A stretch of DNA of 64,000 bases from a virus (lineage: Duplodnaviria; Caudoviricetes): the IMG/VR virus record IMGVR_UViG_3300014168_000003, positions 1 to 64,000 of that record. The stretch is one strand, 5' to 3'. The notes under the pieces are model-generated. The model saw only the letters and a program-made list of their open reading frames with translations. It was not told the origin of the DNA and did not search any database. Of this stretch, positions 34,360 to 44,520 are shown piece by piece. Made by a program: the position numbers and the translations under genes. Positions within the stretch are counted from its first letter, which is position 1; each line of letters begins with the position of its first letter.

Positions 34360-37300
34360 CTAGCTCGTTGCATCAGAAAGTGGAGCTACTGAAACCCCAG
34401 GTGTGGCACTACCAAATACCTGATAGGTCTCAACCAAATCTGGCCTGACCTGAGTCCACGTAAGGGTCACAGAGGTGTCAGTATTTTGAGTGAGAGTGAG
34501 AATGGGGGCCTGGAGGACTCCGGTGTAATTAGACTCAAAATTACTCAGGAACTCACCCGTTACTACGTTTTGATTAATGCGGCTAGTGCGATCCCATACG
34601 TTTACAATAGACCTAAGACTAAGATCGAACACCGTTTCAAAATATTCCAGTGCAGATGTTTGAGTCTTGGGTGCGAGGCTACCCACCAAGACCGTTCCCT
34701 GCCGGAGGTTCTCAACCTGCTGGAATCTAATGAATACGATGTAATCCCCACCATACAGATTGAAGCTGGAAGTAGACAGGAGCAGCACATCTCCGAGGAC
34801 TAGACCTTCTTCGGCTACCTGAATGAAGAAGGCCCCGGCTGAGGTGGCAAAGGCAAAAACTCTAGAGCCATTGAAGGAAGGGGTGGCTGAAAACCACATT
34901 ACCTCTGTGCTAGTCGAGAAATATGAGCTAAGGTCAATGGAGTCCTGATAATAATCAGAAATATTGTAGAGCCCCAGATCAGTGTAGCGAAGAAGTTGAT
35001 GGTCATCTGTCAGGACCATCAGATCATCATCCTCTAAGAGGACTGCATCAACGATCTTTCCACGGTCGTTTCCTAGGAGGAACACTTTTCTATAGTAGAT
35101 GTCTCCAGAACCCTCTTCCCCTATGACTGCAATCGAATACTCTCCGATGTAAGTCTGCCGTCTGGCCCCAGTGGAGGAATTACGAGAAACCTTCATCTGA
35201 ACGAAGTCTGATGTGACGAGCCCCACTTCAATCGACCCCCAAACTGACTGATCAGTCGGGTTATTACGAGTGAGAATTGAAGACAGAGCCGGGGTGGAGT
35301 AGACTGCTCTACTTATGAAATTCTGATCCAAAGTAGCGGTGTTAATGGCCGAAACAGCCACCGCTACGGTTGAAACCACTGGAGTGTTGATACCGTCTGA
35401 TACGGTAACCTGGAAGACTACCGTGCTGCCCAGGACATAAGTCCCACTCAACAATATCCAAAGATAGGAGAGGTTGGTATTGATCAGAATGGGGACCGAA
35501 GTTCCGGAAATCTGAGCCCATGAGTAGGTAAGAGGGTAGCAATTTCCGGTAGTAATGCTTTCCGTTGCGATTGTTCCAACTGTTCCGGAAAGAGAATAGG
35601 TGGACCCAGCTTCGTTTAGCACTCCTGAGAGAAGCCCTGTAATAGTCAGACCAGACAGAGCGTTAGGAGAACCTCCAGAGCCCTGTAACACTTGCCCTAT
35701 TGCAATTGCTCCCTGAGATGGGACAGTTTGAAGAGTCATCACATTGGTAGCAAAGCTGGCTGTAGCCCCATAAGAGCCTACGATGGTTGGAACCAACGCA
35801 ACTGTGCTATTTCGAGGAAGTGGGATATCCCACTGATTCGTCATGGAATTGTAAGTAAAGAGCGAGGGGTTCCAAGTGACAACCGGTGGGGCTGTGGCCG
35901 CAACTGTGAGAGTCGCTGTAGCGGTTACGGGAGAGTGCAATGGGGTGAGGCCATCCTGTGCCAGATCCACCACGGAAACTGTAACGTTTACGGTAAACGC
36001 AGCAGGGCCTATCTGGTTAGGAATGACAACGTTAAGGAGGGCAGGATTTCCTGCAACTGGAATGAGTTGGACCAGTCCCGTCACATCATCACTACTCCAG
36101 GTGAAGCGCATTGGGTCATAATCTGGATCAAAAGTTCCAGTCGCATCCAAAATAGTCGTAGCCCCTCTTTTGACTGTCTCAATCGGAGGAGTGATAATCG
36201 TATGGTTACCCGCATCGATAACCAAATTCACCACAGGGGGGGAATTGTAGAACGAAACAAACAGGGGGATGTAAGAAGGTGGAAGAGTTGGGGTGGCTGG
36301 TGTCTGTTCTCCAATCACAGCCCAAGCGGAGGTCGTATCCACTACACTCTTAGTCCCTCTCAGCCACGTTAGGAGAAGCTGGTCGTAGTGCCCTGGCTGA
36401 AACGTATATTTCAACGTTGTGGGGTCTAACAGATTTGAAACTAGCAACCCACCCGCACCAGAATTGACATTACCCCATAGATAATTCAGGTGGATGTTAT
36501 CTCCTGAATCATAGACGAGTGTAGGCTCCATGTAGGTTTTAGTGGTTGACCCCGTATAAGTAATAAAATGCCAGATCCCATAGGCCCTGGTTCCAACCAG
36601 TAGGGTTGAAGAAAGCTGGTTTCCGGTCTGTGTGTAGTACAGATGGGACATAACCCGATCATAAGTTGGGTCGGTCAGCGGGAGAACTGTGAGTTTTGTG
36701 TCGATGAAGTTACTAGCGTAGAAATACACAACTGTTTCGGCAGACCAAACCCCACTGTGAAATGTCCGCACTCTAATCTGTTGAAGAGCGGAGCCGAACG
36801 TCACCACTTTGAGATGAGCCGTGTAGTAGGCTTCAACGGTGGTGCCATCAGTCGTAAGAGAGACAGCCCCGTAGGTTTCTCCGGTTCTGATCGTCTCTAC
36901 GGCCCAATCTCCTGCCGCTTTATCAGCAGTAAAGGAGGAGCTAGAAGTGTTGGCTTTGATGCAGACGTAACCTACTCCACCATAGGATGCCCGGTTTCCA
37001 ACCACATACATGGTGGAAGCAGCCCAGGCTGGAGCAAGTAGGGGGGTAACACTGCTAACCGTGTTATTTGAGGCCAACACAATCCCCACTAATGTATAAT
37101 CATTTGTAAGAGTGGGATTGGTGGGGTTGGTGACGGCTGTGACGATGACACTTGTCCCATCAGATTGTGAAACAATATCGTATCCGGAATGGATACGATT
37201 ACCAGTGATTACGGTTGAGGGAGCAGAGAGTGTGTCCGTGGATCCTGGGGTGAGAGTGAACGCCACCAAGTCAGTTAGGGTGCTATTTGTAGCGTTGGTG

Positions 37301-37557
37301 ACGGCCCCAATGATGTGAACCAAAGTCCCATCATAGCTGATAGCAGGATCGAACGCAATATCCCCTGCGGTAGGGAATGTATAGGTTACGGTTGCGGTAA
37401 AAGTGTTGCCATAATCCGTTGATTTGAATATCTGGAACGTTCCATTAGATAGACTATTGGAAACAACGTAGAAAGTGCCTGGAGATGTCTCCAGAAATTC
37501 CCCGTTACCGGTGAGGACTTCAGAGGTCCATGACTGGGTTCCAAGTAATGTAATCAT
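34360..37557 (-). CDS. Large beta-rich virion/adhesin protein (CBM5/12-like, PKD/Ig-like and partial Fn3 modules)
   Basis: PAWAASTMYVVG...YGGVGYVC...W carbohydrate-binding motif; ILDATGTFDPDYD...FTW PKD-like; ends in Fn3 strands A-C. Confidence 0.75.
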   Translation of the reverse strand: MITLLGTQSWTSEVLTGNGEFLETSPGTFYVVSNSLSNGTFQIFKSTDYGNTFTATVTYTFPTAGDIAFDPAISYDGTLVHIIGAVTNATNSTLTDLVAFTLTPGSTDTLSAPSTVITGNRIHSGYDIVSQSDGTSVIVTAVTNPTNPTLTNDYTLVGIVLASNNTVSSVTPLLAPAWAASTMYVVGNRASYGGVGYVCIKANTSSSSFTADKAAGDWAVETIRTGETYGAVSLTTDGTTVEAYYTAHLKVVTFGSALQQIRVRTFHSGVWSAETVVYFYASNFIDTKLTVLPLTDPTYDRVMSHLYYTQTGNQLSSTLLVGTRAYGIWHFITYTGSTTKTYMEPTLVYDSGDNIHLNYLWGNVNSGAGGLLVSNLLDPTTLKYTFQPGHYDQLLLTWLRGTKSVVDTTSAWAVIGEQTPATPTLPPSYIPLFVSFYNSPPVVNLVIDAGNHTIITPPIETVKRGATTILDATGTFDPDYDPMRFTWSSDDVTGLVQLIPVAGNPALLNVVIPNQIGPAAFTVNVTVSVVDLAQDGLTPLHSPVTATATLTVAATAPPVVTWNPSLFTYNSMTNQWDIPLPRNSTVALVPTIVGSYGATASFATNVMTLQTVPSQGAIAIGQVLQGSGGSPNALSGLTITGLLSGVLNEAGSTYSLSGTVGTIATESITTGNCYPLTYSWAQISGTSVPILINTNLSYLWILLSGTYVLGSTVVFQVTVSDGINTPVVSTVAVAVSAINTATLDQNFISRAVYSTPALSSILTRNNPTDQSVWGSIEVGLVTSDFVQMKVSRNSSTGARRQTYIGEYSIAVIGEEGSGDIYYRKVFLLGNDRGKIVDAVLLEDDDLMVLTDDHQLLRYTDLGLYNISDYYQDSIDLSSYFSTSTEVMWFSATPSFNGSRVFAFATSAGAFFIQVAEEGLVLGDVLLLSTSSFNLYGGDYIVFIRFQQVENLRQGTVLVGSLAPKTQTSALEYFETVFDLSLRSIVNVWDRTSRINQNVVTGEFLSNFESNYTGVLQAPILTLTQNTDTSVTLTWTQVRPDLVETYQVFGSATPGVSVAPLSDATS

Positions 37558-39872
37558 TAGATGCCCTCGCCAGAACCTTCGATCTCAGACTCATCGATAT
37601 CCTTTTCCTTCAAACCAAGCGCACGTTTGAATTTATCTGCAATGTCAGTCGTAGTAAATGATTCAGAGCCAGCAACATTACTGTAGAGGTTCTCCAAGAA
37701 GGCGTTGAACTTGGAGTCATTGACGGTGAAAAGATCAGCTTCCAAGTTCTTGCGGCAGACTTCTGGGTCCACATCAAGGAGTTCAAGCAGAACACTAACC
37801 GGAACAGAGCCTTTCTGATAGAGATCAAACAACATCTGATAGGTTTCCCCAGCATTGCGGAGAGCCATGCGACCAAACTTTACTTCTGGGTAGAGCCAGC
37901 GAGGTCGGCCATAGCGGTCGATTTCATAGAAGCCCTTTTTCATAGCGATGGGTTTAAAGATCAACTCCTGGACGATATACGCTACGACCGCACGGAATTG
38001 GAGATAAGTGGTACTGAGGATATCCAATTGGGTGCGGGTGTTGCTGTACAGCCCCTCACCATTGAGAATGTCGGGGCTGAAACCCAAACCAATCGCAAGG
38101 TCGTTGCCAGTATGATTCCACTCACCATCCAAGGTGAGGAGCCGACCTTCAGAACCAATCTCGTTCCATGTGCATTCATAATTCACAACTACGGTGTAGT
38201 CGGGATCCGCTTTGGCTTCATCAATATGGCCTCTAAGAGCCATCAACTCACCATTCGCCACACCCGGTGCGACCACCAAAGTCTTGGGCGTCATATTACG
38301 GGAAGCAATGGTTGTCTGAACCTGACGGAGCTTTTCACGATAGATGATGCTTCTCATGCAACGCTGAAGAATACTGCGTCCATGATCCTCGAACGGGGCC
38401 TTCTTACGTGCAAAATGAATCGCATAAGAGCCCTTAAATGGGTTATCATTCAGAGGGATAACTCCGTCCGCTGAAAGGCTATCTCTAACCTCATCAGGGG
38501 TGTCGGGATTGTCAATATAGGACGCTTTTGCATCTTCTGGGGGCTTGTAGAAGATTGTAGGTTCCGATCCAAATGTCGAAGACTTTTTGATTTCCACATT
38601 TTCGGGAGGAAGAAGCTGGATACGGTCGAATCCCATGTAATTTTTATTACACAGATGAGAAAAAAGTTCGAAATCGTTCTTGCGAATCTCATGAAGATCT
38701 TCCAATTCTTCCAGGAGATCTTTCTTTCTTCTCAAGAGCTTGATTACTTCTTCCATCCTGCGGGTCTCTAGATCCTTGGGAGGAACAGGCTGCTCCATGC
38801 CGGTGCCGGTATCATCCAAGCCCATATCCATGCCGCCACCAAAGCCGCCTCCGCCACCTCCCCCACCACTGGAAGGCATGATTCCTCCGCCTCCACCAGC
38901 CGTGTCATCTTCGAAGCCCATATCCGTGTCGCCCCCACCCGCTTCATCACCTGGAGCCGGTAGATCAGTTCCACCGATGGGAGCATCAGTTGATTCCCCG
39001 ATAGCTGCCCCACCACCATCGTCTGCTGCGGGGGGTGCGGCTTGCTTGGCTTCTGCGGTCTTCTCCAAGGTTTTCAGATCACTCATGATCTGGGTGAGAG
39101 CCGCTACCTTCTTACGAATAGCCTTATCCGTTTCGGCCAGAGGGTCGAATCCTAACTGGGCTGCCAACTTAGCCGAAGAGTGCTTGGTAGTCATGCTGAC
39201 TGCCTCAGAGCCCCAAGAGGTGTTATCAGTCTCGAAATAAGAACGAGACTGTCCCTGTTCGGCCATCTTCTGATCATCTTGCTCATCCATGGCCTGAACA
39301 TACTCTTCAGCCGCTTCAGATGGTTTGATGTCCGGATCGTCTTCTACAAACAGGAAGGCTTCACCAATGTTCCAATACTCACGACTGGCGTGAAGAAGGG
39401 TCTCAAACAACCTTGAGTTGGTTACCAAACCCTGATAGAAGTCATAGATATAATCGCCAAAAGCCTCAGATGAGCACTTTGGGCGATCAAGATTGATCTT
39501 ATTCATAGGAATTTCAGTATGCAGATCAATACCCCGTCCGACGATTGGGTCACGATCATATGCTAGACGGTAGAATCGGAGTTCCTGGGCTCTAGATTGC
39601 GGAAGCTCAAGTGCGTCAACAGGGAACTCATAGCTGTAGTACCCAATGTTTTCAGAGTCCGAAATGTTGGCGGGGCCATTCTCTCCGGCCCACAAATCTG
39701 CACTCTTCCGCATCTTGTTAGCCATCCGAACCTTAGCATCAGCGGATGAGGCGTTCCTAATGGGGTCCACAACCGTGCCATTGGTATCGAAACTAGAGTA
39801 TTTCCCTACGGAGAACTGCGGGATATCCCTACTTGCTACTTTGATTCTCGTCTGCTTACGTCTTCCTGCCAT
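37557..39872 (-). CDS. Portal protein
   Basis: DPIVGRGIDLH, YWNIGEAFL, IHFAR...GRSIL..C, GLGFSPDIL; head-module context. Confidence 0.82.
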   Translation of the reverse strand: MAGRRKQTRIKVASRDIPQFSVGKYSSFDTNGTVVDPIRNASSADAKVRMANKMRKSADLWAGENGPANISDSENIGYYSYEFPVDALELPQSRAQELRFYRLAYDRDPIVGRGIDLHTEIPMNKINLDRPKCSSEAFGDYIYDFYQGLVTNSRLFETLLHASREYWNIGEAFLFVEDDPDIKPSEAAEEYVQAMDEQDDQKMAEQGQSRSYFETDNTSWGSEAVSMTTKHSSAKLAAQLGFDPLAETDKAIRKKVAALTQIMSDLKTLEKTAEAKQAAPPAADDGGGAAIGESTDAPIGGTDLPAPGDEAGGGDTDMGFEDDTAGGGGGIMPSSGGGGGGGGFGGGMDMGLDDTGTGMEQPVPPKDLETRRMEEVIKLLRRKKDLLEELEDLHEIRKNDFELFSHLCNKNYMGFDRIQLLPPENVEIKKSSTFGSEPTIFYKPPEDAKASYIDNPDTPDEVRDSLSADGVIPLNDNPFKGSYAIHFARKKAPFEDHGRSILQRCMRSIIYREKLRQVQTTIASRNMTPKTLVVAPGVANGELMALRGHIDEAKADPDYTVVVNYECTWNEIGSEGRLLTLDGEWNHTGNDLAIGLGFSPDILNGEGLYSNTRTQLDILSTTYLQFRAVVAYIVQELIFKPIAMKKGFYEIDRYGRPRWLYPEVKFGRMALRNAGETYQMLFDLYQKGSVPVSVLLELLDVDPEVCRKNLEADLFTVNDSKFNAFLENLYSNVAGSESFTTTDIADKFKRALGLKEKDIDESEIEGSGEGI

Positions 39873-39916
39873 ATACCACCAAACTCCCTACGAAAGGGAG
39901 GAAAAGTCCATTTTTA

Positions 39917-40384
39917 TCAGTTGCCCTTGGACTCTTCTGTGGATTCAGGCAATTCTGGCGACTCTACGGGGGCCGGTAATGCATCGGGGAATGAGGCTGC
40001 GGTAGCTTCTGGAAGCTGAGGCTTAAGTTCTGCCACCTTCTTCTCTTTAGGTTGAGGGGCATTCTTCAGTCTGATAAATGTCTTATCTAATTTGTCAAAT
40101 TCATTCACATACTTCTCAAATTCGCTGTCAGCGATGGTGATACATTCCTGGATATTTGACAGAATCATTTTGACCTGAACCAGATGTTCCAGCTTCTCAC
40201 CCTCTACCTTCGCATACTTTCCCTTATCATCCAACTCCTTGAAAGACTCCAAGACGGTCACGCCAGATCCAAGGCACCCTTGCATCATGTCAATTAACCG
40301 CCTCATATGAGCCATTCGAAGCGTAGCATTTTCAATATCTCGCCCTAAATTGAGATATTTTGGATTTTTAGAGGTCACGAACAT
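39917..40384 (-). CDS. Hypothetical protein
   Basis: 155 aa, helical with a Pro/Glu-rich tail. Confidence 0.65.
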   Translation of the reverse strand: MFVTSKNPKYLNLGRDIENATLRMAHMRRLIDMMQGCLGSGVTVLESFKELDDKGKYAKVEGEKLEHLVQVKMILSNIQECITIADSEFEKYVNEFDKLDKTFIRLKNAPQPKEKKVAELKPQLPEATAASFPDALPAPVESPELPESTEESKGN

Positions 40385-43300
40385 AACAGGTATTCCTTTG
40401 GAATCTCATCAGTAATAGTGTTGGGTATCTTGTAATATCGGCCATCAAATTCATAAATGAACTCAATCTCCTTCTTACCCAGTCCTGCTCCGATCAGAGT
40501 CTTGAATACCTTTTGTTCATCCAGGTCCATATTCCGAATTACTGGGATTTTAGGAGTCGTGTCCACGACTGGCACCACTTCCTTACGGGCTGGCTCTTGA
40601 AAGAATACTTCTTCTTCAGCTTCTCCGGATGCTGCTTCCTCTACGGTATTCTGAACCACTTCAGGGGGCTGCTCAGTAGAGACAGCTTCCTGTACCTCTG
40701 GTTCCACTACCGGTTCGGATTCAGACAGAGCTTCCGGCTCCAACGTAACCTCTGTAGCGATGGGGATATCCTCTGGGGGGACCGAATCTAAGTAGCCGGA
40801 GAGGTTACCCACCAGCGGTTCCTCAGTGATCTTCAAGCCATTCTCCTCTGCGTATTCCAGCAATGTCAACGTATCACTTTCATCTTCGTCAATCTTCCAA
40901 AATTCATGAAGTTGAAGCATTATAATCAGGTAGTGACGAACCGTTTCAGGGTCATCATTAAACTCAGCCAAGTAGCCGTGAACTCTAGGGTGAAGCTGTT
41001 GTAGCCACTTGGTTACTCGCTCCCGGTCGCCCTTCATCCATGTGTCAACAATCCGGTCAACCACATCTTCAGCAAAATCAGGGGGGATGTAAGTCTCCAT
41101 TCCAGAAATTGCTGTCCATCCAGCCGCCTTATGTCCATCGTCTCCAGTGAGATGCTGGTTCACATCCCAGGTCTGTCCATATTCACAATCCGTTTCGATG
41201 GGAACCGGCCACCCTTTAGACTCATGGAGCTTACGGAGCTTCATCAATCGGTTAACTCTGGGCAGCACATAGGGGACGAACTCGTTTTTCACAGAGAAGT
41301 CGATTTCGTCATGCACGGTAAGATGAAGACGAAATACTTTTTCCAGACCAGGGTTGGCCAGAGCCCAAATTCTGATTTTGTTCAAAGCGGAGCGCATCAA
41401 GTCACCAGCAGTCCCCTGAAGAGGGATGTTGATGGCGACTCGCTCTGCTTTACCTAGGAAGCGATTGAACTCTTGAACGTTTCGGACCCCAGATTTAGGA
41501 TTAGCCCAGATCGCTTCCGCAGTTCTTTTGACTGCCAGCGCATCCTCTTTAAGCTCCAGGCGAGTAAGCTCTACCTCACGCTTACACAGTTTCTTCCACT
41601 CCCAGAAGTTATCCTTTTCCCACTGCTCTGGTTTGTGGATACGGAACCCCTTCATAGCTGATTCAAAATTGACGATTCGGCCTGTTGGGGTGCGGCAAAT
41701 CAACTTCGCTCTAGCCACATCACGCTTATTCTGGCACCATGCGGCGAATGTGGGCACTGAATCCCAATACTTTTGAACCAATTCTTCGGCTTCTTCAAAG
41801 CTGATATTGAACCCTGCTTTGTTCATGTTTTCCTTGATCGTATAGGCGGTTCCACCATACAACAGGGCGAAATTGATGATCTTGGCCAGAGCACGAAGCT
41901 CCTTCTTTCTAGCCTTGGGGGTGTTCGGATTAGAAAACTCAGGGAAGAGGGCTGTTGCGGTGAGGGAGTGGAAATCTCCCGTTCCTTCCATGAACTCCTT
42001 AATGAATAGCGGCTCCTTTGAAATGTTTGCCGCCACTCTCATTTCGATGTTACTGTAGTCGGAACTGAACATTGTCCAGCCAGGGTCTGCAACGATCAGA
42101 CCTCTGAAATTAATGATTTCATTGGCATCGATTCGTTCAGGTTTTTGAGCCCGTAGACAGGACTTGCAAGACGGAACCATGCAGTAGCGTCTGCCAAAAT
42201 AAGTAGCAGTATGGTTATTCGGGTCGATGTTAGGGGCGGTCTTCCCATCCTTGATGCACGAGGGTTCAAGCATGGAATTGTCAGGGTATTCAGTAAAGAC
42301 AGATAACGCAGCCATTTCCTCCGGAAGCGTATCCAAGAGCCACCCCTTAACCCACCAGTTTCCACCTACCTTCTTGATGGCCTGGGGATTAAGCTGACAG
42401 CCTCCATCTTTTTCGAACTCACCACCCGCAGCCGCGAGACGACCTCCAGCTACTACGTTCTGCTTGAGGTAGAACCGGATTGTGTGATCAATCGGGTCGT
42501 AACGCATACTGGCTGGATGCAAAGCCGCATACTCACGGAAGTCCATCAGTTTGATCAGGAACTCATCCGTTGGGTACCGCTTGTGAAGCTCCTTCAGCAC
42601 TCCGATAGCCGTAGAGGGGTCATTAGTTTTTTCCGACCGTTCAATTACCTCCATGCCTCTATCTTCAAAGAGAATCTTGGTGATTTGAGGTGTAGAGCCA
42701 GGATTGAAATTTTCGATGCCTGAAATCTGGCCCAACTCTTCAGTGAGTTGCTTAACCCGACTAGCATGGAAATCAATGGTGTTTTGCAGACGGTCTCCGT
42801 CCACACGAGGACGTTGACGCTCAATCCAGGTGATCGTGTCCACTAATAGATGGTCTAACCGATGGACCCCCAACATCTGGGAGAAATCTCGCTCCTGATG
42901 GGATAGTCTCCATAGCAGCCAAGTCGTGATCGCGTCAGATGCGGCATACCAGAGAGCCATTTCAGTTGGAACCCAGGTGAATGGGCAATAGACCATGCGC
43001 TGAGTGTATTTCTCCAGTTCCACATTCCAGACCTTAGCCTTCACCTTGACCAAATCTTCCAATTCAATCTGTTCGAATCCCAGCTTCACCTTGGACAGGT
43101 TCTTCAAGCCCTCTTGAAGGCTTCCAGCCCCCTTGTCATCGACCTTGGCCTTGGGGTCATCCAGGTAGGTCAGGGTCTGAACATCTTCAAAGAAAGGGTA
43201 GTCCCTAAAGGTCAGGCCAAGGCTAAGCCGCAATACCTCACGGTCGAACTTGGCGTTGAAGAACACCAAATGGCACTGATCAAATAGCCTCTGAAGGATC

Positions 43301-43845
43301 GGGGCCAGTTCGGTAGCGGGGATGTTCCGGCCATTCTCGTGCCCGACTGGAATGTAGAGCCCCTCCAGGCCGTCTGCTGACAGACAGACACCAGCCAGTT
43401 TGGTCCGCATCTTCCCATCAACTACACGAATATCCAGACCATCCGTCTCAGTGTCCACCGCAATGACGGGACCGGTGTGGGTGGCCCATGAGTGGGTCTG
43501 GGAGCGTCCAGGATCGCTCATGACCATATCAACCCAGCGTTGAAGCTCTTCAGCCGTGTCGATCAGCCTGAACGACTTGGTGGCCATCCATGGCTTCTTC
43601 AGATTTTCGATATCGATAAGAGCCAACCGCTCCATGAATATTTCACGGAGGGTCTTGATAACTTTGGGAGCCTTGGGCTTTTTCTCAGCCTTTTCTTTCT
43701 TTTTACGAGGCTTCTTCCCTGTTATTACAGGATCTTGTTCATTTATTGCTTCTTCCAGTTCCTTCATTCGAGACTCGTCCTGATAACCTAATACTCTCAA
43801 GCCGCTTTCGTCCAAGAACCCGTGCCAAAAATAGAGGGTCATCAA
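40375..43845 (-). CDS. polA: Family A DNA polymerase with 3'-5' exonuclease (likely start ATG 43767)
   Basis: Exo I AVDTET, Exo II FNAKFD, Exo III YAASDA; motif A SDYSNIEMR, motif B RALAKIINFALLYG, INIPLQGTAGD, motif C TVHDEI. Confidence 0.95.
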   Translation of the reverse strand: MMTLYFWHGFLDESGLRVLGYQDESRMKELEEAINEQDPVITGKKPRKKKEKAEKKPKAPKVIKTLREIFMERLALIDIENLKKPWMATKSFRLIDTAEELQRWVDMVMSDPGRSQTHSWATHTGPVIAVDTETDGLDIRVVDGKMRTKLAGVCLSADGLEGLYIPVGHENGRNIPATELAPILQRLFDQCHLVFFNAKFDREVLRLSLGLTFRDYPFFEDVQTLTYLDDPKAKVDDKGAGSLQEGLKNLSKVKLGFEQIELEDLVKVKAKVWNVELEKYTQRMVYCPFTWVPTEMALWYAASDAITTWLLWRLSHQERDFSQMLGVHRLDHLLVDTITWIERQRPRVDGDRLQNTIDFHASRVKQLTEELGQISGIENFNPGSTPQITKILFEDRGMEVIERSEKTNDPSTAIGVLKELHKRYPTDEFLIKLMDFREYAALHPASMRYDPIDHTIRFYLKQNVVAGGRLAAAGGEFEKDGGCQLNPQAIKKVGGNWWVKGWLLDTLPEEMAALSVFTEYPDNSMLEPSCIKDGKTAPNIDPNNHTATYFGRRYCMVPSCKSCLRAQKPERIDANEIINFRGLIVADPGWTMFSSDYSNIEMRVAANISKEPLFIKEFMEGTGDFHSLTATALFPEFSNPNTPKARKKELRALAKIINFALLYGGTAYTIKENMNKAGFNISFEEAEELVQKYWDSVPTFAAWCQNKRDVARAKLICRTPTGRIVNFESAMKGFRIHKPEQWEKDNFWEWKKLCKREVELTRLELKEDALAVKRTAEAIWANPKSGVRNVQEFNRFLGKAERVAINIPLQGTAGDLMRSALNKIRIWALANPGLEKVFRLHLTVHDEIDFSVKNEFVPYVLPRVNRLMKLRKLHESKGWPVPIETDCEYGQTWDVNQHLTGDDGHKAAGWTAISGMETYIPPDFAEDVVDRIVDTWMKGDRERVTKWLQQLHPRVHGYLAEFNDDPETVRHYLIIMLQLHEFWKIDEDESDTLTLLEYAEENGLKITEEPLVGNLSGYLDSVPPEDIPIATEVTLEPEALSESEPVVEPEVQEAVSTEQPPEVVQNTVEEAASGEAEEEVFFQEPARKEVVPVVDTTPKIPVIRNMDLDEQKVFKTLIGAGLGKKEIEFIYEFDGRYYKIPNTITDEIPKEYLLCS

Positions 43846-44452
43846 GATGCAGAGCTAAGAAGTATTTCTTTATCAGATACTTAGCATCCTCCACCGTTTC
43901 AATCAAGGTAGGGGCTACGGTGAGAAACACGGGGGCCAGATCTTTCACTGTGAATGGGTCTGACTCCTCTTCGTCCTCCTCCTCTTCTTCATCCGGCTCA
44001 ATAGGTTGTCCTGCAATCGGAGGGAGCTTGAAGTGCTTCTCCAGCCATTGCAAGGCGGCTACCTTATTGATGCCAAAGTATTTAGCGATAAAATTCACAT
44101 TATCGTAGAATTGATCCTTGGGGGTGCCGGGACAACCGAAGCAAGAGGCTGAATTGGACTCATCATAGAAGGTGAAGCTGGGGGTAGAGTCTGAACCATG
44201 GAAGGGGCAATTGATCTTGTTCCCTGACATATGCCATAGGTGAGCCCTGCTCAGAATCTCTTCTGCCAGATCCTTGAACACGATCTCATTGCGAACTCGC
44301 TCCCAGCGTTCCGGAGCAATTTCTTGGTCCAGACCTGGGAGCTTGTCTCCAAATTCAAAATCTTCTTCACTCATTCTTAGCCTTTGGTACAATATTACTC
44401 TGTAGGTGCGAAAGGATTCGAACCTTTCCGCAAGCAGGGGATTTAGCCCCAC
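43739..44452 (-). CDS. Stand-alone CHC2 primase Zn-binding domain protein (likely start ATG 44374)
   Basis: CPFHGSDSTPSF.FY...CFGC, then D.V.F..K...I....AL..L; acidic linker; no TOPRIM. Confidence 0.88.
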   Translation of the reverse strand: MGLNPLLAERFESFRTYRVILYQRLRMSEEDFEFGDKLPGLDQEIAPERWERVRNEIVFKDLAEEILSRAHLWHMSGNKINCPFHGSDSTPSFTFYDESNSASCFGCPGTPKDQFYDNVNFIAKYFGINKVAALQWLEKHFKLPPIAGQPIEPDEEEEEDEEESDPFTVKDLAPVFLTVAPTLIETVEDAKYLIKKYFLALHLDDPLFLARVLGRKRLESIRLSGRVSNEGTGRSNK

Positions 44453-44520
44453 CTACTACCCGTGAGATAACTCGCCGCTAAGCATGGGAGCCGTGATCCC
44501 AAGTCATCCACACCTTTACT

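Noticed and set aside
34340-34400. Programmed frameshift or readthrough fusing the two Fn3 halves
   Set aside because: No slippery heptamer in the short window where the downstream frame is open; TAG is followed by an in-frame TAA; the downstream gene has its own RBS.
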